Positions 1 to 13,742 of a DNA stretch of 64,000 bases are shown in pieces. The stretch's first letter is position 1. Each line of letters opens with the position of its first letter. Both the position numbers and the translations under genes were made by a program. This DNA is from the human T2T-CHM13v2.0 reference genome, Homo sapiens: NCBI GenBank assembly GCA_009914755.4, contig CP068257.2, positions 23,744,001 through 23,808,000 on the forward strand, in the 5' to 3' direction. The notes below the pieces were generated by a model. That model made no database searches, was not told the origin of the DNA, and saw nothing but the letters and a program-made list of their open reading frames with translations.

Positions 1-554
1 AGCCAGAGTCTCTTTAGCCAGGTGTGGCGCGTGGCTGAGCTCTGGTCAATGGAATGTGGCCTTGGTCTTTATTGACTGTGGTTATCGTGTTTCCATTTTT
101 TTCTTCCTGAATATCATAGCTAATTTTGGTATTGGCGACGACCGCTTTCTTAAACTTTCTCTTCTGCTGGGTTTAGATTTTTCTCTCCTTGTTTTTCTCC
201 TATGAAACAAATAAGCATTACTAGATTTCATCAAAGATCATCACTTCATCACATCAAAGATTTCACTTCACTCTAGCCAAACTGGCCTCCCTGATTCTCC
301 TGCAACACCTCACACATGGTCCCCTTAGGGTCTTCTACAACTTAACATCCCTGGCTGCAACACTTTCCTCTGATACCATATGGGACCTACTCCACCTCTT
401 TCAAGTCTTTGTTCAAATGTTTGTTTTTCAATGACCACCATATTTAGAAATGCAACTTCTGCTAACAAACTCCTTATTATTTTTATCTTACTTTATTTTT
501 TACTGCAGTTATTCTAACATACTACATAATTTTAATACTTACTGTGTTTATTGT

Positions 555-705
555 CTTTTTTACCATAGAATATAAAATCCATGAGGGCAAGGGAGTTTGT
601 TTACTTCACTGCTGTGTGCTCTGAAACAAACAAACAAAAAAAACTGCCTGGCACATTGTAGGCGCTCAAAAAATATTTGTCCAATTACCGAATGAAAGAA
701 TTATA
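555..705 (+). mobile_element. MIR (SINE) 3' fragment
   Basis: ...actgcctggcacattgtaggcgctcaaaaaatatttgtccaattaccgaatgaaag... resembles the MIR core/3' consensus (gtgcctggcacatagtaagcgctcaataaatg...). Recalled consensus, old and diverged. Confidence 0.4.
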
Positions 706-2955
706 ACTCCTTCTGTTGGCTAAAGCAACCTACGGGACAGTGTTTAGCCTCACAAGTATTCAGACACACAAATTAACACAAAGTATCATTTTTTTCTACA
801 ATATTAATTAGTCAATTTATGTGACCTTTAAATATAATTTCTAAAGCAAGCGAGAATTCAGTGGATTACATACCCACATGTTTTTGTTAAATTATTTGTA
901 GTTATTTTTAAGTCAGTTTGCATAGTCATTAAAATTTTATAACCTTTGACCCAGTAATCCCAATTTAGGACATGTATTGCAATGAAAAAAATCCAAAACA
1001 AAGAAACATGTAGGTTCCATGTGGCCATTTACTGCAGTATTGTTAATAATGATAATAAGCTGAAAGAAACTACATGTTTAATAATAAAAATAATAAATTA
1101 AATTAGGTTAACTCTATGCAGTGAACTATTTTGCAACCATTATAATCATAAGGACTGTCCTAGAACCTGAAAAATCATTTATGGAACATGCTATATTACA
1201 GTGAAATTTTAAACTATGTAATTACACAGTTTTTACATGTATATAGGAAAAGATTACAAGGAATGTGCAAAACTTAGAATTCTTACACATGGGCAATAAA
1301 TTAAATCTTACTGTTGCCTTCATTTCCCAAATGTTCCAATTTATCACCAGAGTTTTTGCAACTCTTTAGTATTTGAAAGGAAAAATAATTGTCTTATTCT
1401 CAAGTGCTTAACCTTCACCTGAAGTGAATTTGTTCTAAGTTCCAAAAAGCGATTATTACTTGCTTTCATTGTATTCATCAAGAACAATTTACATCTCTGT
1501 GGAAATAGCTTTAGTTAGAGTCATTAGTTAGATTTAGTTAAAGTCTTTAGTTAGATTTACTTACATGAAATGAGACATTTATCCAATAAATTCAGGCTGA
1601 ATTTAACATTAATTCAAGAATTAAAGTGCTCTTCGTTTTTAAATGTGTCTGTTCCACCTAACTACCTGCATGGGTTTAGCTTATAATTGGTTCTATGGAT
1701 ATGACTAGGTCCATCATCCTGTCACATTTGAATAAATAGGACTGTCTATAACCGTCTCTGTTTTACACACATCTGTGCCCATCAGTTCATAGCACATTCC
1801 CCAAAAATTAATGGGAAACAGCCAGGAGAACAGGGGGTTAGACAAAGGAACTCAAGGCTTGAAGTGACCTCCTCAAAAACTGGCTTCCCCCGCCCTTGAT
1901 AGCTGAACTGACCTTCAGCCCTAACCAGATCTTGTTTCCTATCATCTTGCTTCATCTCTCCTTCCCTACCAGCTCTCACTCAGGCCAGCCTTTAGCTTAT
2001 GTCTGATGTGGCCTGACTTACTGTTGAGACAGGTTTTTTTCCCAGGTGCCTTGCTTAGCAAAGATTTTGGTTGTGTGGATTTTGCTGTGTTTGGATTTTG
2101 GCTATGCCCTAGTCCTACTGTTGTAGGATTTTCTCCTTAGTTCACCTAAAAGCCAGGTCCTTGTCACACAGCCATGAAATATTAGGCTCACAGACACTTT
2201 AAAGGGTGAGAAAAATGGAATTTATGGGGCAAAAAGGAAAAAATGGGAAACGGACTCAGCAGAGAGAGAGTCCTGCTATACATGCTTCCCTCCTCACAGA
2301 TTGAATCCCGGTTTCCACCCGGGAAGAGGAGGGGTCAGCCTCCTCCCCACTGCAAACGGTGCAAACTTCTGTGGCTCCACCCCAGTGCTCACTCTTCCCA
2401 GTGTGCAGGCTGCCTGAAGCTTCTCTGTGGACCCCTTTCCACTTGGCTGTCTCACTACCCTTACTGATCACTATGAGAGGTAGCGCCCTCCCTTGCATTG
2501 TCTCCCGTGTGCGTAACTCTCTGCCACCTGCCACTCCCAAACTGACAGTGTAGGGATTAACTTTTTGGGTCATACTATTAACTCCTCAGTGTGAAATGAA
2601 GTCAGACCAACCATTCATTGATTCTCTTCCTTGTAAAGCTAAAGATTCACACGATAAAAACAAACAAAAACAAAAGACAAAGAACCTAAACTCTCTGTAT
2701 GGGCCCTCTAAAGACCCTCCCTAGTGGGAACATTTCACTCCTCACCCCACTGTCAGGTTTGCCGCATGGCTTACTTTGGATTAAAAAAGGTGAGCAAACT
2801 TTATATTCTACATCCAACAGAAGCTTTCGGAGCCATCACATCACCCTTCCATTGCTTTGTATTCCCTCTGCCAAAGACTAACAATATCCTAAATAAGGGC
2901 TGCTTCTTCCACTGAAGTCCAGAAATGAATCAGAGCAACTGTCCTGCAATGAAAT

Positions 2956-3026
2956 TTAAAAAGAAAACAAAAAACAAAAAAAAACAGAAAACCAAAACCA
3001 AAACCAAACCAAACAAACAAAAAAAC
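2956..3026. repeat. A-rich (CAAAA/CCAAA)n simple repeat
   Basis: acaaaaaacaaaaaaaaacagaaaaccaaaaccaaaaccaaaccaaacaaacaaaaaaa. Confidence 0.75.
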
Positions 3027-3124
3027 TGTGTTATTATAGATTACTAAAATTTTTGGAGTCATATGTTACCACACATAACTCAGCCAACACTGCCTAATAA
3101 ATCATATTTCTCCCTAACAACACT

Positions 3125-3300
3125 TAAGGAGACAGCATGTTATAGTGGGCTCACTGGCTACCTGTGTAACCTTGGACAAGTTACCTAATCTCACTGCACC
3201 ATCTGTAGCATTGAGATAATACCTACTTCGTCAGGCTGTTGTAATACATAAATGAGTATATAATAAATGCTTAATAAATGTTAGCTGCTGCATATTACAG
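3125..3300 (+). mobile_element. MIR (SINE) fragment
   Basis: ctgtgtaaccttggacaagttacctaatctc...ataatacctacttcgtcaggctgttgtaatacataaatgag...cttaataaatgttagct matches the MIR consensus (ctgtgtgaccttgggcaagtcacttaacctc...ataatacctacctcacagggttgttgtgaggattaaatgag...ctcaataaatgttagct). Confidence 0.5.
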
Positions 3301-3542
3301 TTATTCTTCAACAGCATTGATTTTATCCTAATCCTGTGTATTCAGTATCCAGCAGAGTGTCCAAATCCTATAGTACTCCATCTAGGTAAATTTTCCAAAT
3401 GTCTTTAATTGACTATTTCCTTTTGGTTAGTCTCCTCATATGGCCCCTTTCATCGGCTTCCTTTTGCCATCAGTTTTTTCTCTTTTCCCTTTAAACTAGC
3501 AAAGACTTTATAACATATATTTAAACAGGATCCAAATACCTT

Positions 3543-3913
3543 TGATATGGTTTGGCTGTGTCCCCATCCAAATCTTATCTTGAATTGTAACTTCCATAAT
3601 CCCCACATGCCAAGGGAGGGACCCAGTGGGAGGTAATTTAATCATGGTCGTGGATTTTTCCCGTGCTGTTCTCCTGATAGTGAATACATCTCACGAGATC
3701 CGATGGTTTTATAAAAGGCAGTTCCCCTGCACACGCTCTGTTGCCTGCCACCATGTAAGATGTGCCTTTGCTCCTCCTTCGCTTTCCGCCATGATCGTGA
3801 GGCATTACAGTTCCACAGCCATGTGGAATTGTGAGTCCATTAAACCTCTTTTTTTAAGAAAATTACCCAGTCTCAGGTATTTCTTCATAGCAGTATGAAA
3901 ATGGACTAACACA
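3543..3913 (+). mobile_element. THE1-type (ERVL-MaLR) solo LTR
   Basis: Starts tgatatggtttggctgtgtccccatccaaatcttatcttgaattgtaa... and ends ...cagcagtatgaaaatggactaacaca, i.e. TG...CA termini. Near full-length match to the remembered THE1 LTR consensus. Flanked by a perfect 5-bp direct repeat ACCTT (3538-3542 and 3914-3918). ORF 3626..3898 lies inside it and is spurious. Confidence 0.85.
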
Positions 3914-4951
3914 ACCTTCAGAATATTCAGCTCATCTTCACTTAATTCTCTGAATTTTGTACTTTCATATATTTCAACCTGTTCTTTGCCTTAAACCAAA
4001 CTCCAAATAAATAATTTTATGTACCAAAATTTCTGCTCAAAGAACATTCTAGGACATAGTATGCTCAATTTGTAAATACTTAGAAATACCTTAAAAGGTC
4101 ACAAGTTATGGTGGCAGAGTCTCAAGGAAAACCCTTTTTAGAAACCATTCTTTTCTACTTTCATGTTCTTAAGGGTGGGGAATAATCTTCTTTTCTGTTT
4201 TCTCTACATGAGACAATTATACAAAAAGACAACCTTTGTTTCTTAGAAATCCTATAACTTTTGTGTCTTTAGTTTCTTTATAGCCTTCTATTTTTCCCAC
4301 ACAAAACAACTTTAATCATCTGTGACACTGATTTTTATGGCAACCCATTTTCCTGGATTCTATAAACAGAGACACAGGCTTTAAATTACCAAAATCACAC
4401 TGTTCAAAAACACCTCATTTTTCAAGGCAAGAAAATAAAATAAAAAGTTCTTTCTCAAAGTCAAAACAATTCTTTTCTGCTCAGCTTTCTAGATGCCTAA
4501 GGGCTTTTTGGTTGTTATTATTCCCTGACTTTCTAGCTATCCACCTGACCTTCAGCTTCTCTGTCAATCCAATTGGTTCATTATTTCCTTGCCAAAATCA
4601 TCTTCTTAAAATTTAAATTTGATCATTTTACTTTCTGGGAAAAAAACCTCCATATGCTCTCCAATAGCAATAGAACAAAGGCCAAATTACTTTGCATAAT
4701 CCTAATCACTATCCATTTCTTTCCTAATGCCCCTTCTTCACCACATTCCTGTGATGTCATCTACTTCCCCTTCTCTGGCCTTATCCCACAGCTCCTTTCC
4801 AGTCTCCTCCTCTTCATTCTAGACCTATGAATGTAGACATGCTCCACAAGTACATTTTCAACCTTCTGCTTTTCTCTCTGGATATCCTCTTCCCAGAGAG
4901 CTCAAATGTTCCCAAGTTGTCCCTGATAATACCTCCAAACACCACCTTGAG

Positions 4952-5272
4952 CAGTGCTACCCAACAGAAATACGTCAGCTGCAAACAAAAACTACACATT
5001 TTTAAATTTTCCAGTAGCCACATTTAAAAAGTAAGGAGAAGCTGATGAACTTATTTTAATCATATATTTTATTTAACTGAATATATTCAAAATATTATGA
5101 TTTCAACATGTAGCTAATATTCTTAAATTGACATATTTTACATTTTTTAACTGTCTTGGAAATGGATGTACATTACACTTACAGTATATCCCAGTTAGGA
5201 TTAGCCACATTTTGTTAGCCACAGTCTTCAATGGCCACATGTGCCCAATGGCTACCATATTCAACAGTGCAG
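4952..5272. mobile_element. Non-autonomous DNA-transposon-like palindromic repeat (hAT-like termini), copy 1; family not assigned
   Basis: Termini cagtgctacccaacagaaata ... ggctaccatattcaacagtgcag. Internal tagccacat / ggccacatgtg motifs. Matches a common human interspersed repeat I recall with ends CAGCGCTGTCCAATAGAAAT...GGCTACCATATTGGACAGCGCTG. A second copy is at 62362-62670. No TSD recoverable. Confidence 0.35.
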
Positions 5273-6009
5273 ATCTAATGCTCTAAACACTTTCTCAAAG
5301 TATGCCTTTGGTAACCCACTCAACATCTACCCAAGAATGCCCTCCCAGCACTTCAACCTCCAGGTCTAAAACAAAATACATTTCCCTCCTACATTTCCTA
5401 GTGCCTCACAAAAGCACCAGCTCCCCTTCCTGACTTCCTTGTAGCTACCAGTAGGCCCAAAAATATACCGATATTTGGGTTCTATAACTATTGAAATATT
5501 GAGGAAGCAGAAGGAATCTTTCAGGTCATCCTATCCAACCTCTAGGATTTTCCTCTACAGAGTGGTTTCTAACATATGGCTAAAGCTTCTGTGAGCCTCC
5601 TGATATTGTAGGCAAAATGTCCATACCTGGATTTTTCTGGCAAAAATGTATCTTTAGCTTTAAACAAGAGTTTAAACACCATGACCCAGGCTCAGCTCTG
5701 CCTCTTCTCTCTTCTGTAACGGCCACACCCAATTTATTACCAAATCCTGATCACTCAACTTTCCTGATCTCTCTAATGCAAACCTACTTCTCCCTTCCCA
5801 CTGCCACTGACTTAGAATTATGTGCATATTTCTTGGAGTGCTTTAGCTACGAGAGCAAGAGACTCTGCCAGGGATCAACAGGGCCAGTCTGCTATTAGCA
5901 AAAGAGCAGCTATAGCATAATCACACATGAATACCCATAATAGATTCAGCTAGGCCGAAAAGATTAGAAAACAGAATCAAAACCAGGGCAGCAGGAAGAT
6001 GAACTCTGA

Positions 6010-6777
<768 letters not shown>

Positions 6778-6949
6778 TAAAACAAATTTATTCAAAAGAA
6801 ATACACTTATTTGAATCTGGGCTAAATATGATAGATGAAATGGTAATTTAGAATGTCCAAGCTCTTCTCAATAATGTAAGAAATCTCTCTTATAGCACAC
6901 ATTAATATTATGACTTAAAGGTCCTTTTCAAAAAACTAAACAACAAAAT

Positions 6950-7185
6950 AAAAAAGGAAGAAATTGAGGGGAAAAGGAAGGGAAGGAGAGGAAAAAGGCA
7001 GAAGAGAAGATGGGAGGGAGAGAAGGTAGGAGGACAGAAGGGAAATAAGAAGCAAGAAGAGAAAGGAAGGAGAGAGGGATAAAATGAGGTTAAAAAAAGG
7101 AGAGAAGAAAAGTAAGAAAGAAGAAAGGGAGGAAGGAGAGAAGGAAGGAAAGAAAGAGGTAGAGAGAAAAAGGAGGGAAAAACAC
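6950..7185. repeat. Purine-rich (GA/GGAA)n low-complexity tract, about 235 bp
   Basis: Nearly pure g/a on the + strand: ggaagaaattgaggggaaaaggaagggaaggagaggaaaaaggcagaagagaag...aggaaggaaagaaagaggtagagagaaaaaggagggaaaaa. ORFs 6908..7192 and 6936..7187 (-) are translations of this tract and are spurious. Confidence 0.85.
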
Positions 7186-8036
7186 ATCTCAAATCACGTT
7201 AATATAGTAGATGCAATGCTTTATTAATCGTGTAGAAAATTAGATCAATTAATCATTACTTTTCCAAGTGTAATTAAAATATTAAATTATTTTGCTTGCA
7301 TTAATCATGGTTAGTGAAAAGCTACTAACACCACTTTTTCTGTAAATTTTTGTTAATAAATCTAGGGAAAATGCAGTTATTTGGAAAAATTAAACAAAAG
7401 CTTTTAAGCTGAAGGATTATAATTTGAAATTCTTTGCACCTGTGATTCTTCCAAAACAGCTGGAAGATGGGATCTTTGTTGCCCTCATCTTATTCTGTGT
7501 GTGCTGTATGATGCAATGATGAGGTTCTCTAGATTCTGAAGTCAAATCTGGACTCCAGAGGGGAATCTGGAATTTTCAACGTTTGCTAATAGATAACATA
7601 AATACAACTCACTCATTCAGTCTTATTGCTTAGCAACAGCAGAAAATGCATCTGGTATGTGCCTTGCCCTTAGTAGTTCAATACTCATATGTGAAAAATT
7701 ATTATTTTTTGTGTTTTGGAATATTGCTAATGAACTACAGATAAGGCAGAGAGTGTAATGAAAACAAAAATAAAATGGAAATATATAAATAAAAAAACAC
7801 AAATTACCATTTCTTTCTGTAAATCTTTGTACATTTGGGGGAAATCTATATTTGCAGGAATTTGGAGGAAAAATCAACATGAAACAAAGGTTTTTCAGGT
7901 GTTCATTAGAGTGTGACAGGTAGGGCTCTCTGGAAGAAACAGGGAGGTGGGGTTTGAGGTCACAGCCTATGAAGGGAAGGGAGGGGAAGCAGGATTATGC
8001 AGAAGCCACTCTGGGATGCAGGTTCCTCCAAGATGA

Positions 8037-8338
<302 letters not shown>

Positions 8339-8384
8339 GGGACATTGTTTTTAAAAAGTTAAAGGATACAAAATTAAAAAGCTA

Positions 8385-8642
8385 GATAGGAGGAATAGGT
8401 TCTAGTGCTCTACACTACTGTAGGATGATTATATTGAATAATAATTAACAGTAGAGTTTCAAATAACTAAAAGAAGGATATTGAATGTTCCCAATATGAA
8501 GCAATGATAAATGCTTGATGACAGATATGCTAATTACCCTGATCTAAGCACCATATATTATATGTATCAAAATATCAATATGTACCCCACAAACATGTAC
8601 AGTTATTGTGTGTCGATGTTAAAAAGAAAAAAGAAAAATAGT
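8385..8642 (+). mobile_element. L1 (old L1M/L1P-type) 3'-UTR terminal fragment
   Basis: gataggaggaataggttctagtgctctacactactgtaggatgattatattgaataataattaacagtagagtttcaaata...ctaattaccctgatctaagcaccatatattatatgtatcaaaatatcaatatgtaccccacaaacatgtacagttattgtgtgtcgatgttaaaaag matches the remembered 3' end of older primate L1s. A-rich end. Confidence 0.65.
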
Positions 8643-9460
8643 TTGGATGGATCCTCAAAATGTTCTATCTCATTCAGCTTCCATAAGTGACATTTATTAA
8701 AAGTTTTTGATTAAAAAGGAAACTTTTTATGAATTATGATTGTGACAAAGATTCTGTGCTTGACCAAACTTTGGTCCAGCTTGTGAATGTTCTCCGAGGC
8801 CTATCTGTGCACTTTCTTATAAAACACGGTTTTAGAAGAACCCTGCTAACTTTAGCAAGAACCCTCCATCCTTGATATCTGATCAGGTTCCTAACCCTCC
8901 ACCATCCCCCAGATGATATCTGATCATCCTGGTCTATCCTCAGCAAGAATCTAATTAGTTCAGTTTGGCCAGAATCCTGCTTACTCCTGGTGTTATTTCT
9001 TAGCAATTTTTCATGCATGACTCCCGCCTTGCACCTTGGCTATAAATTCCCTCTTGCCAATACTGTATTTGGAATTAAGCCCAATCTTTCTCCCCACGGA
9101 AAAATCCCGCTGCAATGGTCCCCATATTATAATGGTCCTGGATAAACTGCCTGTTTATTTGAAGTATGGTAGTACTTTAAAGTGTCATTGAGTTTTTTTT
9201 CTTTAACCATTATTAGGGAAATACACCAAAATGTTAACATTGGTTGTATTTTTTCTGCTTCTATGTACTTGTCTTCATTTACCTGTTATCAAGAGTAAGC
9301 ATGTATAACTCTTAAGGAAGTTATAATTATACAATAAAACCCAACACCAAAAGGGGTGAGACAAGTGTTTATGGGGCAAAGAGTGTGAAATGAGAAAGTT
9401 TGGATCTAAAAAATTAAAAATTAACAATGGTTTATTTTGATTGACTGGAATTATAAATAA

Positions 9461-9794
<334 letters not shown>

Positions 9795-11874
9795 TAGAGA
9801 GGAGTTATTACCTTTATCATGGGGAAAAAAGCAAGTCCTTCAAACACTTTTGATTTTAAAATATATTTAAAATATAAAATAATGAACCTGGTGGAGACGT
9901 TAACCTTGGGTAGCTGACACAGGTACTTCTCCAAGGAGAGAAATAAACAGTTGACATAGCTTTAAGTCTTCCTAAACTCAGGTTGCAATAGGAGCAGTAC
10001 AGTTTGCTGAGAGGGACAGTGAACAGCAGTATTCGGAATAGAGGAGCGGCCTCCAGTACAATGACTAGTTAGAGGTTCTTTCGGGGATTCTCAGGGTTTC
10101 TGAAAGTGGAAATGCCTCTTCATCTGGAGCACTTTTGAAAGGGACCTCGATCTATCTTTCCTCCATGCAGGGGGCTTTCCAAACACATCATATGAAAATT
10201 ACAGCAAGTGGCATCTGTCCTGTTAACATCCCTCTCCCCATGAGTCATTCAGGTGTTCATCACACCCACAGACCCTCCACTCACACCACCATCTCCCACC
10301 ATCAAAATTATTCGTACCAGTGTGACTAGAGGCCTGCTGGATTCTCCCCTCATCCACTCAGAGGATGTCTCTTAGAAACCATGCCAAGCAGGGTGCGAAC
10401 CATCCAACTCCAAGCAAAGCCTGTGCTGCCGCAACTCTGCCTCACGGACTCAAAGACTGTCACTGGTGGTCACAGAATTAGTCAACAGGAACTTGACTGT
10501 ACTGGGGGAAGTTTTCCAGGCCTCATCTCATCTCTCAGTTCCAAAGAGCTAATCTGAGAAATAAATTAAACCTTTTACAGTATTGCTGCTGTAAAATCAA
10601 AAGGAAAATCATAAATGTTGTAGAAATTGCAATCTTGATGCCATTTAAAATGCCATATCTTTTCAGTCAACGCAATGCCTAGGTTATATTTTTCTCCTTT
10701 AAATCAAGTAGGCCACTTAAAGAGATAATCTGAATATGAATACATTCTACATTATAACACAGAAGAGATAGAGATTAAATGGATTTTTAAAATTTTAGAA
10801 ACTTGGAATGAATTGATTCCATAATATATATATATCTCCTTCAGAGAATTATTTTACTTTAAAATCTCCAGTGAAAGATATTTGAAAGCCATCTTTGTTT
10901 TTATGTATATTTGAAATTTCTGATTGATTTTGCAATGTAATCTTTTAATAGTCTTAGAATATATTCCATTTTTTAAAAATCATTTCTTTTGTTTCTGAAT
11001 TTAAGATGTATAATCATCTTATAATTGTATAAAATATTCTAAAAAGCATTGCAATCTAATATCCGATTTTACGGAATTAATTTTTTATTCTATACAAACA
11101 GAGTCTTAACTAATTTCAGGGAGAATGATCTGTTTGTAATTTAACCTTCAAATTAAAATCCAACTAGCTATAAGCTTTTAGATGCCTGCCTCATAGGGAA
11201 TGAGATATTTATGAGGGAAGTCTAATGGTTAAGTCCTAAAGTCTTCCCTTGGAAGAAGGATAAAAGGTTTCTAATCATTGAATTTTTAAAAAATCATTAA
11301 TGAAGGTATTAACTGGACTAAGGCATAAGGGGTAAAGAGTGGCCTTTAATGAGATTTGAAGACTTGTTCTAGAATATATGTTTTGCCAGAATAAAACATG
11401 TATCTTCTGATGGGATTTGGAAAGGTAGCTACCAAACCAGGGAAAAGAGTCCATTGGAGAGGGGAGAATGGAAACACTTCTACCTGGCGCATGTAGGGTA
11501 CAGGTGGGTATGGAAGGCGCGATATGCGAATATAGGGTTTATCCCCAGGCGTCAAGGTACATGAGAGGTGGGAAACAGTGCTCAGCACAAGTGAGTGCCA
11601 TATACTGTTTATTCTTAACAGGTCAAAAGACAACAAGAATGTATTAGGCAGCAAAGGGGTATTACATCACTCTGAGTAACACCATGTGTGTTAGAGCTGA
11701 CTATTCTAGGTATATTTGTAGCCACCCTTGGTGTAAAAGATTTTTTTTAATTTATTTATTTAGGTATGGTTCATTGCCCATTTAAACTTAAAGCAAATGT
11801 AATTTTTGGCAATCTATTTCCCTAGTTTAAATTTGTCGCTGTTGATTTGGTGAGAGCCACTCACAACATAGATG

Positions 11875-12275
11875 AAAAGGCATATGGCCAGGCACAGAAA
11901 GACAGACACTGCATGATCTCACTGAAATGTAGAACTAAAAAAGTCGAACTTATGGAAGCAGAGATTAGAATGATGGTTACCCAGGGTTGAGGGCAGAGGG
12001 GAGAATCGGGCAAAGGATACAATATTTCAGTTACATAGAGGGAATACGTTCAAGAGATCTACTGTACAGCATGATGACTAGTTAAAAACAATGTACTGAA
12101 TACTTGAAAATAGCAAAGAGAGTGGATTTTAAATTTTCTTACCACAAAAAAAGTTTACTATCAGTATGCTAATTAGCTTGATTTAGCCATTCTACAATGC
12201 ATACATATTTCAAAACATCATATTTTATACCATAAATACATACAAATTTATTTTCAACTAAAAAAACTAAAATAG
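11875..12275 (+). mobile_element. L1 (old L1M/L1P-type) 3' end fragment
   Basis: ...gaagcagagattagaatgatggttacccagggttgagggcagaggggagaatcgggcaaaggatacaatatttcagttacatagagggaatacgttcaagagatctactgtacagcatgatgactagttaaaaacaatgtactgaatacttgaaaatagc...catacatatttcaaaacatcatattttataccataaatacatac... is the typical L1 3'-UTR string of older L1 subfamilies. Confidence 0.65.
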
Positions 12276-13440
12276 CATATGGGTTAACACAAATTATCAT
12301 TTAAGGCGCTATTTAATTGAAGCAGTTATTTCATCTAGGCTTGAGGCATCACTGTATTCTAAAAATGAATGGTTTCAAGTTCTAGATCCACACACTGCTG
12401 GCTTAAATAAAAGTCTACATGGGGACCTTGAGTGTAACAGAAGAGCAGCAGACACAGAGGGCCTGAGGGTAAGATACAGATAGTGGGAGAGAATAAGCAG
12501 GCTGGGCCAAGGATTAGCTTTTATCCGTGACCTCCAATTACAACTGATTATCTGCGTTGTGACCACAGAAGAATGAAAATTATTTGCAGTTAGAATCAGG
12601 ATCCATGAAGTTACACTTTATGTTCATATTTCTGAGTATAACATTAAATATATTTATTGCTCTTTTCTCCTACAAAAGGGGAAGTGACCCCCTTTTTAAG
12701 GACCTGCTTAAAAACATACAAAAATCCTGGGCAACTTTCTTGGTGTAGGAATTGCTTTATAGTAGTCGAACAGAAGCGATTATTCCATTGGTAATTCTGC
12801 ACCCAGACAAGCTTGATATATCTATTGAGGACATATGTAAAGTAAAAAAAAAAAAAAAGTTCTCATATAGTCCTCAAAAATGCTAATTGAAATAAATTTG
12901 TACTTTCCTTGGGCTGGATTTATATTAGAACATTTAATTTCAATTAAACAGACAACCTTTAAGTCATGAGATAGCTGAATAGAACCCTCCAGCAATTATT
13001 CCCAAACAGGAGCACCAAATTGAAAAACTACTCAAGCAAAAAAGCACCTTCATAAAAGCCAAAATCAGGTGAACGATCACAGTACCTGATTCTGACATCA
13101 TATCAAGGAAAGAGGCACCGATGGGGTTAGGAAAGGCAGGCCTGCCCTGTATACAGCACTTCTCCCTTACCCTCCAGCAGCAGCAAGTGGAGGGAGAATC
13201 TGTGTGCCTGGGGGAGGGAGAACAGAGTGACTGTGGAACTTTGCATTGGAACTCAGGGCTGCCTTGTCACAACGGAACACAACACAAGCCAGTGCTCACT
13301 TAGCTGAATTCTGAAGGAAACACCAACCCCAGCCAGAGAGGAACGCTGTGTCCCAGTGGTAGGAGTTTGAGACCCAGCTAGCTCTGCTACCAGCTGACTA
13401 CAGGGGCCTGGGGCCCAGGATAAATTTAAAAGGCAATCAG

Positions 13441-13742
13441 GGCCGGGCGCAGCGGCTCACGCCTGTAATCCCAGCACTTTGGGAGGCCGAGGCGGGCGGA
13501 TCACGAGGTCAGGAGATCAAGACCATCCTGGCTAACACGGTGAAACCCCGTCTCTACTAAAAATACAAAAAATTAGCCGGGCTTGGTGGCGGGCGCCTGT
13601 AGTCCCAGCTACTCAGGAGGCTGAGGCAGGAGAATGGTGTGAACCCGGGAGGCGGAGCTGGCAGTGAGCTGAGATCGCGCCCCTGCACTCAGGCCTGGGC
13701 AACAGAGAGAGGCTCCATCTCAAAAAAAAAAAAAAAAAAAAA
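13441..13742 (+). mobile_element. AluY SINE with 13-bp TSD
   Basis: ggccgggcgcagcggctcacgcctgtaatcccagcactttgggaggccgaggcgggcggatcacgaggtcaggagatcaagaccatcctggctaacacggtgaaaccccgtctc...gcactcaggcctgggcaacagagagaggctccatctc + A21. Y-diagnostic gagaccatcc..ggctaa.acggtgaaaccccgtctc. Many CpGs retained. TSD aaaaggcaatcag at 13428-13440 and 13739-13751. Confidence 0.95.

Noticed and set aside
1500-1560. Short tandem tttagttagag/tttagttaaag units
   Set aside because: Only about 3 imperfect units in AT-rich sequence, below what I would call a repeat feature.
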